A DNA stretch of 64,000 nt from a virus: IMG/VR virus record IMGVR_UViG_3300043256_000274, positions 12,411-76,410 of that record; one strand, written 5' to 3'. Below the pieces are notes generated by a model. It was given only the letters and a program-made list of their open reading frames with translations. It was not told the origin of the DNA and searched no databases. Below, piece by piece: positions 1-9,007 of the stretch (position 1 is the first letter of the stretch; each line of letters begins with the position of its first letter). Position numbers and translations under genes: made by a program.

Positions 1-96
1 GCCCGCTTGCGCGGGCTCCAGCCGTGTTTCCACAGCGAATTTCATGGCATCTCTCCAGAAGAGAGGGGCCTGTTGGTTCACTCCTATCCTACCACC

Positions 97-672
97 CTAC
101 AGGAGTGGTTGCAACCACTCCTGTAGGTCAGCCATCGGGACGACGTAGGCGTGGTGGCAGGCGGGGCCGCTGCCCAGCATCATCGCGACAAGCTCGCCGG
201 CCGTGTTGAAGATCCCCCCACCCGAGTCGCCGGGGGAGATACCTGACGAGACTCGGTCCATATCGGACACGAGTCCCGTCGTGAGCCACAGGCCGTAGCC
301 CCCGCCCCAACCGGCGCCGTAGACCTGCTCCCCGAGGGTGAGGGGGGAGTAGTCGATCGCGTGGAGGGGGATCGCCTTCTCAGGGGCCGAGAAGGCGATG
401 AGCATGGCATCCTCGGTTGGATGGCTCGAGAGGGCCTTGCCTCCGGTGAGCGTTCGGCCGTCCCGCGTCTTCACGGTCCATTCGCCTCCCCAGGCCTGGC
501 CCATGTGCCCCGCTGTCAGGAACAGGATCTCGTCGTCAGTCACCGCTACCGGGAGGGCCGAGCCGTTGCCGATCGGACAGATGAGTTGCCAGACGTTGGC
601 CGCGGCCTGGATCCGCGGTGACGGTGCTGAAGTGCAGGACGCCAGCACCGCGGTGATGGCCAGGATCTTCAC
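97..672 (-). CDS. Trypsin-like serine protease, possible lipoprotein
   Basis: Triad motifs LTAGH, DAML and GDSGG; N-terminal MKILAITAVLASC resembles a lipobox signal. Confidence 0.8.
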   Translation of the reverse strand: MKILAITAVLASCTSAPSPRIQAAANVWQLICPIGNGSALPVAVTDDEILFLTAGHMGQAWGGEWTVKTRDGRTLTGGKALSSHPTEDAMLIAFSAPEKAIPLHAIDYSPLTLGEQVYGAGWGGGYGLWLTTGLVSDMDRVSSGISPGDSGGGIFNTAGELVAMMLGSGPACHHAYVVPMADLQEWLQPLL

Positions 673-1112
673 GCCAGTCGACCGAGAACGTGAACGACCA
701 TCGTGTCAGACGCATCCTGGTTGTCAGCCTCCGAGATCAGGAGCGACTGGCCTGGCAGGAGGAAGAAGTCGGGCGGTAGTGTCACATGGTCCGCATCAGC
801 ACCGGTGCGTTCAACTTGACCCGGCGCAGCTTCCCACACATTCGAGTTTGACGCTGTCGAGAACGTGGGGATGAATTCAAATTGACGTACGACATCGGCG
901 GCTGAGTCCTGAACCTCGAGCTGGATGCGGCGCGCGGTCGCAGCGATGTCAGTCGTGAGCTCGACGCGCACGGAGAGAATCTCCAGCTTGCTGCCTTCCG
1001 CAACATCGGTGTCGTAGGCCAGAGTCTTGTCTCGCGAGGCAGTCTCGTCGGAGAGGAGAATGACGTTGCGGGGACGTCCTTGGGCTGAGTTGTCGATCCG
1101 TGCGAACACCAT
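669..1112 (-). CDS. Hypothetical protein (beta-rich)
   Basis: 147 aa ORF with AAGGAG RBS; overlaps the next gene by 4 nt. Confidence 0.6.
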   Translation of the reverse strand: MVFARIDNSAQGRPRNVILLSDETASRDKTLAYDTDVAEGSKLEILSVRVELTTDIAATARRIQLEVQDSAADVVRQFEFIPTFSTASNSNVWEAAPGQVERTGADADHVTLPPDFFLLPGQSLLISEADNQDASDTMVVHVLGRLA

Positions 1113-1167
1113 GGTGGCTCCTTGAGTTGGGAGCAGATCGTAGCACGCCGAGCGTGGAAGCGCGAGG

Positions 1168-1923
1168 CTACTTAGGATGTTGCAAGTAGCAGTCTAGCAC
1201 AAAGCGCTCGACACGTTCGACGTCGGGGGGCCCAAGGGAGGTCACGGATTCGAGCGTCTTGAGACGCTGCTCGAGATCGGCAGCTTCACGCAAGACTTCG
1301 TCCTGCGTGACCTTCCCGGTGCGGATGTCGATGATATGCTGTCGCACCGGCTCTGCCATAGGCAGCGTCAGCTTGCCGGTCGTGGCGAGCTCGATTCCCT
1401 GGTGGCCGAGGCGAATGATGTGGCCGGCGTACTTGGTGTCGAACCCGTAGCGTTCGATCAACTCGGGCCGGTTCGGCATCTTGACCTTATCGGTGAGGCG
1501 CTTACGCTGCTGGATCATGTAGCCGAGGTACGGGCCGAAGAGGTTGTGGCTCACGAAGGCCTCCCGCATGGCGACGAGCTCTTGGCCGCGGTCGTCCATA
1601 CTCACGACGAACTCAGGTGGCAGGAAGAGCAGGGTCAGGACCGTTGGGTTCCCCTTGAGCGCGAGCCTGCACCACTTGGCGAGGCTGTAGATCGTCAAGT
1701 CGAGGTCTCCGGGTCCAGAACGCGCCCCTTCGGGTTGCGTTCTGTACGTCCACTGCTCGAATTTCGGGCGCAGGCCGAAGAAGTGTTCGAACGGCTCCAC
1801 ACAGATCCCCATTTCGTCGCGGTCGTCCTGGTCGGCGACCGACAGGCCGTGGACGGTGGAGCCGACCACGCCGCGGAGGATCGTGTTGGGTTCAGCGAGT
1901 TCTTGGGCGTTGGGGTGGATCAT
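1168..1923 (-). CDS. Pol-beta superfamily nucleotidyltransferase (RlaP/YcgL-like)
   Basis: GS-x-x-x-G...D-x-D motif (VGSTVHGL..DDRDEMG), KGNP, YDTKYA-like segment. Confidence 0.8.
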   Translation of the reverse strand: MIHPNAQELAEPNTILRGVVGSTVHGLSVADQDDRDEMGICVEPFEHFFGLRPKFEQWTYRTQPEGARSGPGDLDLTIYSLAKWCRLALKGNPTVLTLLFLPPEFVVSMDDRGQELVAMREAFVSHNLFGPYLGYMIQQRKRLTDKVKMPNRPELIERYGFDTKYAGHIIRLGHQGIELATTGKLTLPMAEPVRQHIIDIRTGKVTQDEVLREAADLEQRLKTLESVTSLGPPDVERVERFVLDCYLQHPK

Positions 1924-2117
1924 GATGTATGAATTCTCCGCTCGATCGGCCGGTCGGTGGGTAGGAGGGGGCGGATGGTGAAGCGCCGGCGGTGGTCGTT
2001 TTCGGCAGTGTCCTGGGGCTGCGCGAATGCGGGCTCGAGACTCCAGTGGACGGCCGCGGCTGAGGTCATGGGGCCGTAGATTCGGCCGTCTGGGTGGGCG
2101 AGGACGTGGTCGTTCAT
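1920..2117 (-). CDS. Hypothetical protein
   Basis: ATGA-coupled to both neighbours; start MNDHVL. Confidence 0.5.
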   Translation of the reverse strand: MNDHVLAHPDGRIYGPMTSAAAVHWSLEPAFAQPQDTAENDHRRRFTIRPLLPTDRPIERRIHTS

Positions 2118-2359
2118 TGGGTGCGCTCGAAGTTGGCGCTGGTCAGGGTGATGGGCCGGACCATGGTGCCCAGGGGGTAGGTCCAGGGCTCGTCGTGCAT
2201 GTGCAGGAGTTGGCGCGCGTTGCAGAACGTGAGTTCTTCGCTGGGCATCTTGAGCATGACTAGGTCCGCATCGTCGAGGAACCAAGTGAAGTTGGCGAGC
2301 TCCTCGATTCGGCGTTCGGGGTAGGCGGGATCGCGGATGGTGATGGTGGGTTCAGGCAT
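2114..2359 (-). CDS. Hypothetical protein
   Basis: 81 aa ORF coupled to the next gene. Confidence 0.55.
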   Translation of the reverse strand: MPEPTITIRDPAYPERRIEELANFTWFLDDADLVMLKMPSEELTFCNARQLLHMHDEPWTYPLGTMVRPITLTSANFERTQ

Positions 2360-3145
2360 GGAGGTTTCTAGCGACGACAGACTCGAAAGACGCCGGCGAC
2401 GGCGACGATCAGAGCAACGACCACAAGGCCACAGGTGGTGAGAAGGATGATGTCGAACATGGGTGAAGGGTACCTGAGCTTGAGAATTTTTGGTGTAGGA
2501 AATTTTATTTGGGGGAGGGCTCGAGTGGCGCAGCTATTTTGGGTGTGGCCAGGGGTCTCGAATCGGGACACCGATCTTCACAATCCTGGTACATGGAAAT
2601 CCTTTCCATGGACCTAACCCCTTGCTATGCAACGACTTACGTCGACCGCCAAGATGGCAGCTCACCTGGCACGGCGATGCAACCCTATGTATACCAACAG
2701 GTTACAACATCGGCCATCTTTTCCACCCCACTTGGCACGGCCACGTCTTACCATACCCTTACCTTACACCCCCCTTACATAGGCCCCCTTCGCGTCCAGT
2801 CCCAATACGGGAATTCGCGTCCAGTCATCCAGTCTCCGTCCACCCTAGGGTGGATGCGCTAAGCCCATGCGGGGTAAGCACTTAGAGCGATTGTCCACTC
2901 TGTCCAGTCTCAGCGAGAAATTCGCAGGAGAGTACAGCGGAAGCCCAGTGGTGTCCACCTTACTCCTTTTCCTACTCTCCTCACAATATAGAGAGAGAGA
3001 GTGGATGAGTGGATGGGGTGGACGGAATCCCACGCTGGGCAACGGGTTAGGAGAATCCAGTCTCTGAGATCGAGAGTGGACGTATGGCCCTGGAGACTGG
3101 ACATCGGGCCGAGACTGGACGCTGGATGCTCCCAGGCCTCTTATA

Positions 3146-3186
3146 TGGACCCCCTTCGAGTGGACCCCCTTCGAGTGGACCCCCTT
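3146..3186. repeat. Tandem repeat TGGACCCCCTTCGAG x2.7
   Basis: 15-bp units at 3146 and 3161, partial unit at 3176. Confidence 0.9.
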
Positions 3187-3385
3187 GCGCTATGGAGGTT
3201 CCTATGGTGGACGCTGCAGGAGCTCCGCTCCCGCGTCCGCGGAGTGGATGGGTCATGGGTCAGGTTTCACGCGCGGAGACGGGAGAGAGCCGGGGGGCTT
3301 GCGACGGCGCCCGCTGCGCTCCACCCCACCCCACACCCCCACCACTCGGGGACAATGGCGCCGCCCTAACAGACCCCTAATCACG

Positions 3386-3418
3386 AAAAAGGCGCCCCGA
3401 GCCTATGCCCAGGGCGCC
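3386..3418 (-). terminator. Intrinsic terminator ending the early cassette
   Basis: GGCGCCC/GGGCGCC stem followed by TTTTT on the minus strand, just after the stop at 3441. Confidence 0.7.
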
Positions 3419-3440
3419 ATGCGGCTAGAACCAACGCCAG

Positions 3441-3971
3441 TCAGACAGCCGCGAACCCGTCGAAGTGGGCCAGCCCATCGTCCCCGATGTAGCCGTACGC
3501 ACCCTCTCCCAGGAGCTTGGCCGCGGCGCTGACAGCCTCGCCCACTGTGACCTCAGCATCCGTTAGCCCAACCAAGGCGGGCGCCAGCATTGACAGAGCG
3601 GACACGTCAAGTGATCGCCAATCCCACGCCCCAGTCCCATGTCCGACTTGCGACAACCAAACATCATGCCCGAGCAGCTCCCATCCGGTCCACTGGCGCC
3701 AGAGGTCACCGTCCCGTAGCTCCGCGGCACGATCGAGCAACGGCGCGAATCCACGCCACCACGCCAACAGCCGCAGCCCCATCGAGCGCTCCACCCCGGG
3801 AGCCAGTTCTACAGTATCTAGCTCAATGTCATCCTGCGAAGCGAGGCATGGATCCACGCAATACCCCGCCCCCCGATGGGCTTCCGTGCCACAAGTGCAG
3901 GCCCCGCGGCCCGTGCTCGACCATTGGGCAGCCTCGACGTACCCCGAGACGAATTCCCGTAGCCAGCTCAC
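3441..3971 (-). CDS. Hypothetical protein
   Basis: GTG start overlapping the upstream TGA (GTGA); LGHDVWLSQVGHGTGAWD segment. Confidence 0.6.
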   Translation of the reverse strand: MSWLREFVSGYVEAAQWSSTGRGACTCGTEAHRGAGYCVDPCLASQDDIELDTVELAPGVERSMGLRLLAWWRGFAPLLDRAAELRDGDLWRQWTGWELLGHDVWLSQVGHGTGAWDWRSLDVSALSMLAPALVGLTDAEVTVGEAVSAAAKLLGEGAYGYIGDDGLAHFDGFAAV

Positions 3972-4792
3972 GCGGCACCCCCGATCCGCTCGGACAATCG
4001 CTCCACCACATTCCCGGCCCACTTGGCCGCGATCTCGGCCGACTCGAGGCACGCCCCGAGAATCGCGAGGTCCCCATCGGAGACCCCGCGCCCCGCCATG
4101 TTCGGCAGTTCTGAGAAGTGCAACGGCGGCCGGAAGCCCAACACCAGGAAAGCGTGGCAGATTTCCCAGGACAGATCCATCCCGCCCCCGCTTAGCGCTA
4201 GGTGCGGTTCATCGTCGAGCATGACCACGACCACGCAACCAACCGACATAAGCTCAGCCTGAGCGGCTCCCGCGTCGAATCCGCTACCACTGGGCAACGG
4301 GTAGGCATAGTTCATCATCGGCTCGAATTCCTCCGGCGATTCCTGCGCCAGCTCCGATGCCCGTTCGTCGATCTCTTCCCGCACGTCCTCTTCCTCTTCC
4401 CGCGTCTCGTCCCGCTCCGCGCGCAGCTCCTTGTAGCGCAGCTCCTTGTAGCGCAGCTCGATTGTGTAGTGCAGCGCCGTGGGATTGTGTCGATGATCAT
4501 GACGGGTTTTTTTCAGTGATTCTAGCTCCGCGCCGTCGTCCGCATTGAGACCGGTCAGCCTCACCTTGAATTCGTCGGCCGCGTCACTGTCCCGTTCGTC
4601 GATGTACCCCAGCACAATATCCAGCTCCTCCCCCGAAAAGTCCGGGTACACCAGCTCTGCGCGTGGATCAAGTCCATCGGTATCGGTGAAAGCTTCCGAC
4701 CAGTCGACGTCAACCGGCGTGGTGGTCACAGTGTCACAGTCAAGTCGGCCGAATCTCTCAGCGGCCAGTTTCTTCGCTCGTTCGATGTTCAT
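3968..4792 (-). CDS. Highly acidic hypothetical protein (possible DNA mimic)
   Basis: Start follows the AGGAACCAACGCC leader; D/E-rich; internal ELRYK duplication. Confidence 0.6.
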   Translation of the reverse strand: MNIERAKKLAAERFGRLDCDTVTTTPVDVDWSEAFTDTDGLDPRAELVYPDFSGEELDIVLGYIDERDSDAADEFKVRLTGLNADDGAELESLKKTRHDHRHNPTALHYTIELRYKELRYKELRAERDETREEEEDVREEIDERASELAQESPEEFEPMMNYAYPLPSGSGFDAGAAQAELMSVGCVVVVMLDDEPHLALSGGGMDLSWEICHAFLVLGFRPPLHFSELPNMAGRGVSDGDLAILGACLESAEIAAKWAGNVVERLSERIGGAA

Positions 4793-4803
4793 GGCGTTGG
4801 TTC

Positions 4804-5145
4804 CTATTTCATCCGTCCGGTTTCGACCATGGTCCCAAGGTCCGAGACCCTGAATTGTCCATGATCCAGAAAAAGCGTGGCCGCGTAGGTGTCGCCCGTA
4901 TTGCAATAGGAAACACCGTCGCGCCCGTCATCGTCGGCGCAGCCTTCTACGCCGTAGGTCCCTAGCAGCTCATCCGCTGCGTATAGCACCTGTTCCGCAC
5001 GGGAAGGCTCATTGTAGCATTGTCGGACCCACCGGTCACACTGTTCTGACTCTTCGCGGGGATCCAGCTCCCCGCGAATCATGGCCAGAATACGTTGTGC
5101 AGTGAACACGCCCGTGATTCTTCTCAAGTGGTGCAGAGTGGTCAT
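4804..5145 (-). CDS. Hypothetical protein
   Basis: 113 aa ORF; YCNTGDTYAATL segment. Confidence 0.6.
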   Translation of the reverse strand: MTTLHHLRRITGVFTAQRILAMIRGELDPREESEQCDRWVRQCYNEPSRAEQVLYAADELLGTYGVEGCADDDGRDGVSYCNTGDTYAATLFLDHGQFRVSDLGTMVETGRMK

Positions 5146-5276
5146 TATTGTCCCAGCCCCATGCTCTGCAGCATGCCGTAGAGCTTGAAAAGGCCGAGGG
5201 CGAGGACGGACCCCATCCCGGCGATGAAGAGGACGTAGGTGGGCACGGTGCGGAGTGTGTTGGTTATGGCTTGCAT
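5145..5276 (-). CDS. Small membrane protein (43 aa, MQAITNTLRTVPTYVLFIAGMG...)
   Basis: Manual translation; preceded by the conserved leader; TAATG coupling to the next gene. Confidence 0.55.
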   Translation of the reverse strand: MQAITNTLRTVPTYVLFIAGMGSVLALGLFKLYGMLQSMGLGQ

Positions 5277-5384
5277 GGCGTTGGTTTCCTTTTCTACCCC
5301 TATTATCGGCGGATTGTCCCCAGCACTGTAGAGCCTAGCCCAGTTTCCAAGGCACTGTAAACCGAGCCAGGTTCTACACTTATG

Positions 5385-5477
5385 CTATTCTCCGCGAGCG
5401 CAGTGGGCAATCCACAAGAACAGGAGCGGGATTCCCACTACGATCCACAATAGGGCCGTGACAACCTTCTGAAACAT
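5385..5477 (-). CDS. Small membrane peptide (30 aa, MFQKVVTALLWIVVGIPLLFLWIAHCARGE)
   Basis: Manual translation; one hydrophobic helix; directly downstream of the clamp gene. Confidence 0.4.
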   Translation of the reverse strand: MFQKVVTALLWIVVGIPLLFLWIAHCARGE

Positions 5478-5481
5478 GGTT

Positions 5482-6678
5482 CTAGCCTATGGTAATGGGC
5501 ATCAGAATGCCCCGGAAACCTTGCGCGCGGAATTCGATGGGGCTTTGCGGGTTGTTCCACCGGACCTCAACTCGATCCGCCTGGGTCGCCTTGACGGTAT
5601 CGGCCAAGTAATCCGGGTTCACCGCGAAGCCGGCCCTATCTTGGACCTCGCCGTTATCATCCTCGAATGTAGGCCATGAATGGATGGAAGCTCCGCGCAG
5701 CTCCGCGCAGCTCTCCTTGCCCACACTCTTCCCGACAACCGACAGCGTATCACCGTCGCGGGTGATTCGAACGGTTGCAGTATCATCCGAGCATGCCGCC
5801 GATACGAGCTTGGTGCGCTTGAGGAGTTCGGTGCAATCCAGGAGCAGAATGCTCTCGACACCCTCGCCCGGAAGGATCGAACTGTATCGCGGAAACTCCC
5901 CGTCGATAGCGCGGACGGTGAGCGTCACACTATCTAGCACGAACCAGAATTTCCCCGTGCATTCGGAGTAGGACAGCGCCGCCACGCTCGACTTCTGGCC
6001 CTTTTTGTATTTTTTCGGCAGTAGCGCCGTCAATGCTTTGCACCCAGTATTCGGAAGTAGGCCAAGCCCTCTAGACTCACCGTCCACGAATTCCAGGCCG
6101 AATGTCTCGACCTCATCGAGGACCTCGACCACATGCAGACGGTGGCCGTCCGTCGTGACGATACGGACCGCATTGTCCTCGGGGAATTCGAATTGAGCCC
6201 CGTGCATAGCATAGCGCCCCGCGTCCCGCGCCATGGCAGGCACCGCACGAACTAGAGCCCGGGAGAGCTGTACGGCGTCCATCGTGGCGTGGCGTTCATC
6301 GGGTCCACGCTCAGGGAAACTCGGGAATTCGTCCACATCGAAGGTGCAGAGCTCGATCGACTCGCCGAGATCGGTTGTCGCACTGATAGGCGAGGTCGGG
6401 GACTCTTCCCCGCATGAAAGCGTAACGGTCTCACCCTCGGCCGCTTTGACGAAATCGAGCAGGTCCCGCAGGCCCACAACCATGGTGCCTACTTCGATGG
6501 TCGACGCGGCAAGCGTGGCGCGGACGTAGCATTCTAGGTCGGTTCCTTCGATGCTACTATCCCCGTCAGACGTGATGCGCACGGCCTCCAATATGGGCCG
6601 CGCGTCCCGCTTGGGGCTCACCTTCGCGCACGCTTCCAGGGCAGTCCGAAGGGCGCCCGTCGTGGTTTCGATTTTCAT
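5482..6678 (-). CDS. dnaN: DNA polymerase III beta sliding clamp homolog
   Basis: 398 aa; RPILEAV, GTDLE, DEFP, RYAMHG, VTTDGHRL, IDGEFPRY, NPDYLAD, ILMPI. Confidence 0.9.
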   Translation of the reverse strand: MKIETTTGALRTALEACAKVSPKRDARPILEAVRITSDGDSSIEGTDLECYVRATLAASTIEVGTMVVGLRDLLDFVKAAEGETVTLSCGEESPTSPISATTDLGESIELCTFDVDEFPSFPERGPDERHATMDAVQLSRALVRAVPAMARDAGRYAMHGAQFEFPEDNAVRIVTTDGHRLHVVEVLDEVETFGLEFVDGESRGLGLLPNTGCKALTALLPKKYKKGQKSSVAALSYSECTGKFWFVLDSVTLTVRAIDGEFPRYSSILPGEGVESILLLDCTELLKRTKLVSAACSDDTATVRITRDGDTLSVVGKSVGKESCAELRGASIHSWPTFEDDNGEVQDRAGFAVNPDYLADTVKATQADRVEVRWNNPQSPIEFRAQGFRGILMPITIG

Positions 6679-6908
6679 GGCGTTGGTTCCTCAATAGGCA
6701 GCCGAGGGAATCCCGGCGGCATGGCTACAGTATCGGCGACAATGCAGAGGAATCAAACCGAATTCGCCGATTTCCCACTGGAAACCTTTTCCTGCCGACC
6801 CATCTGGGAAGACTTTTCCTATGCGTCAACCTGAGACATGGGGAAATCTTCCAGTCTCGAGCGAGCGACGCCGGCACTGAGCTCGAGACACATGGAAAAA
6901 CCGATCTT

Positions 6909-7095
6909 CATTCGGCTGTTTTGCATTCGGCCCTCATTCGGCTGTCTCGGCTTTTTTTTCGACCTCCCCCGGGTCACTTTTTTTAGACCCCCCGGGTGCC
7001 GATTTTCATTCGGCTGTCCAGCCCTCCCCCGGCCGTGTCCTCAGCGTTCGCTATTCGCGAACAACGAACGAGCTAGATTCATTCGGCTGTCCGCG
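6909..7095. repeat. Non-coding cluster of five CATTCGGC copies plus T8/C-run/CCCGGG blocks
   Basis: Copies near 6909, 6925, 6935, 7007 and 7080. Confidence 0.8.
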
Positions 7096-7117
7096 AGTCA
7101 GGCTGCCTGACTCGCGT

Positions 7118-7210
7118 TCACAGGGAGATGAGGACTTCGAGGACCACCAGGGCGATGAAGCCCAGGCCCCACAGAATCCAGCGCTTCTTGACCTGTGGAT
7201 GGATGTTCAT
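7118..7210 (-). CDS. Small membrane peptide (30 aa, MNIHPQVKKRWILWGLG...)
   Basis: ATG lies within a GCCGAATGA junction; hydrophobic C-terminus. Confidence 0.5.
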   Translation of the reverse strand: MNIHPQVKKRWILWGLGFIALVVLEVLISL

Positions 7211-7296
7211 TCGGCTGTCTCCTTGAATCGTTGCCAAGCTGTCCAGATGGACAGTAACGCTTGGACGCTCACAATAGTCAGAATATACCAGATCAT
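7207..7296 (-). CDS. Small membrane peptide (29 aa, MIWYILTIVSVQALLSIWTAWQRFKETAE)
   Basis: Manual translation; starts and ends in GCCGAATGA junctions; AAGGAG precedes the next start. Confidence 0.55.
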   Translation of the reverse strand: MIWYILTIVSVQALLSIWTAWQRFKETAE

Positions 7297-7640
7297 TCGG
7301 CTTCTTCGTCGATCGGCCATCTCGGCATGTGCATGTAACCGATCGTGAGATCCAGCGCTTCGTCGCGAGAGACACCGTCCTGCACACAGAACTCACGGAA
7401 CACCGCTGCGATCAGTGGGACGTAGTGAGTGGTCACGGCCTTCTGCGCCTGGTCGAGCGCAGCAACATCTAGATGTCGTAGTTTCATCATGGTCGGCAAG
7501 GGGGTAAGGGGGGTCATGTAGATAGGTGTGGGTATCGGTCTCGGCACTCCAACCATGAGTGCCTCGGTCGCGTTGATCTTCTTCCAGGTGTGCCCTCGGT
7601 ACTCGAATTGGTCACCGACGATCAGGTCTTGGAAAATCAC
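7293..7640 (-). CDS. Hypothetical protein
   Basis: 115 aa coupled ORF. Confidence 0.55.
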   Translation of the reverse strand: MIFQDLIVGDQFEYRGHTWKKINATEALMVGVPRPIPTPIYMTPLTPLPTMMKLRHLDVAALDQAQKAVTTHYVPLIAAVFREFCVQDGVSRDEALDLTIGYMHMPRWPIDEEAE

Positions 7641-7900
7641 AGCGAGCTATAAAACCTTTCGATGATCGCAGCCACAGCGACCAAGCACTCGGAGTCCCCG
7701 TCCAAAGCCTGTTGTGCAACGTACGGATCCAACTGTGGTCCCTCCCGCTCTCCGCTTCGTAGAGCAAAACAGGTTGTCCGGTCTCCGCGGTCGATGTCCC
7801 CACGTTGTCTCTCGGTGCGCATGATGCGTGCGTAGATGGTGACGTTGTAAAGCCTGCCGACCTCACGCTCGCCGATACAAAACTCACGTCTCACGTCCAC
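7637..7900 (-). CDS. Hypothetical protein
   Basis: Coupled ORF. Confidence 0.5.
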   Translation of the reverse strand: MDVRREFCIGEREVGRLYNVTIYARIMRTERQRGDIDRGDRTTCFALRSGEREGPQLDPYVAQQALDGDSECLVAVAAIIERFYSSL

Positions 7901-8427
7901 ACCGCCAGCAGAGAGTCATTCGGCTTCCCGAAGAACGAGCACACGTCAACCCTTTCGGCTCCCATCTGACATAAGTCAAGCGTATCGAGCGGGAAGACGT
8001 GGGTGCGGTCGATCTCCTTCACGTAGTCGGCGCCTAGCTCACCAATGTTCGGTGTGGTGGCGATAAAGACTCCGGCCACATACGTCACGTCGACCACGAA
8101 CAAGTAGGGATCGTGCAGGTGCTCCAGCAATTCGATGGCCACGACGAAATCGAAGTTCACCCGAGGAAGCCATCTCTTCTCGAAGTCCGTTCCGTCGATC
8201 GACGCATCGACCGGCAGGTAGCGTCCCTTCCAGCCGCGCACGGTGCGCAGGTAGAAGTCGAAGTCACATGCTCCGGCGCCGAGATCCGCCAGGATCGAGG
8301 AATCGTCCATCCCCTGGGCAAAGAGCTCATCGGCCACCGCGGCGTATCGCAGGAACCGATACTCCAGCGTGCCTGTCCGCTCGCCCAGGTAGTCGAGAGC
8401 TTCCTGTCGTCTATTGGTCATTGTCAT
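7891..8427 (-). CDS. Class I SAM-dependent methyltransferase-like protein
   Basis: ILADLGAGACD (motif I), FDFVVAIELLEHL, TTPN. Confidence 0.75.
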   Translation of the reverse strand: MTMTNRRQEALDYLGERTGTLEYRFLRYAAVADELFAQGMDDSSILADLGAGACDFDFYLRTVRGWKGRYLPVDASIDGTDFEKRWLPRVNFDFVVAIELLEHLHDPYLFVVDVTYVAGVFIATTPNIGELGADYVKEIDRTHVFPLDTLDLCQMGAERVDVCSFFGKPNDSLLAVWT

Positions 8428-8642
8428 TCGGCTGGTCTTTCAGGTAGTGGCGCTCGTTCACCGTGGACGATGTAGTGAGCGCTGAATGCGGACATGAGCT
8501 CCTCGCCACCTTCGATCATTACAGCGAGTGTAGCCAGGCGGATCTTGTTCTGACAGCCGCGACGCCATACAGCGTTGTCGTCGCTCATCCGATAGTACCA
8601 GTCGAAGCACTTGAGTTGATCGTAGAACTGCGCGAGCGTCAT
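8424..8642 (-). CDS. Hypothetical protein
   Basis: DWYYRMSDD segment; coupled on both sides. Confidence 0.6.
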   Translation of the reverse strand: MTLAQFYDQLKCFDWYYRMSDDNAVWRRGCQNKIRLATLAVMIEGGEELMSAFSAHYIVHGERAPLPERPAE

Positions 8643-8968
8643 ATCAGCTCCAGCACTTCACCGACCACCACATCACGGTGGACGATGACTTTGAAGGGAG
8701 TCGGGTATTTCCCTCCACCGTTCATAGCGATGGCTTCCACGACCGTGTTCGCCACCCCGTTCTCAATGACCATGATGAGTGTCTGTGGACGAGCGTCCCT
8801 CGTCTGCGGATGGTTGGTCACCCCCATATACACCATCCGCTGTTCAGTGCCCCGGAGGATCGTCAACCGCCGGACGTCATCCTTCCACGTCTCGCCCGCG
8901 AGGATCACCCAGCCAACCAAGTCAGCCATCGAGTCAGCGACCCACTCACCTTGTTCTTTGCGCATCAT
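8639..8968 (-). CDS. Hypothetical protein
   Basis: Start placed just downstream of the repeated promoter motif. Confidence 0.55.
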   Translation of the reverse strand: MMRKEQGEWVADSMADLVGWVILAGETWKDDVRRLTILRGTEQRMVYMGVTNHPQTRDARPQTLIMVIENGVANTVVEAIAMNGGGKYPTPFKVIVHRDVVVGEVLELI

Positions 8969-8976
8969 GATGACAT

Positions 8977-9007
8977 AGTGTATCGGACAATGCAGCCCCA
9001 GGCTGGA
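8977..9007 (-). promoter_or_regulatory. Repeated promoter-like motif TCCAGCCTG-N6-CATTGTCCGATACACT
   Basis: Near-identical copy with the same spacing at 16597-16627; resembles a sigma28-type TCAAG...CCGATA promoter. Confidence 0.6.

Noticed and set aside
3146-3186. Possible CRISPR array
   Set aside because: The units are directly tandem with no spacers, and no cas genes are present.
2509-3532. Short ORFs in the repeat region
   Set aside because: Low-complexity translations of repeats, with no RBS or coupling.
6909-7300. CATTCGGC copies as a mini-CRISPR or attC array
   Set aside because: The repeat is only 8-13 bp with irregular spacing, and no cas gene or integrase was seen; kept only as an unexplained motif.
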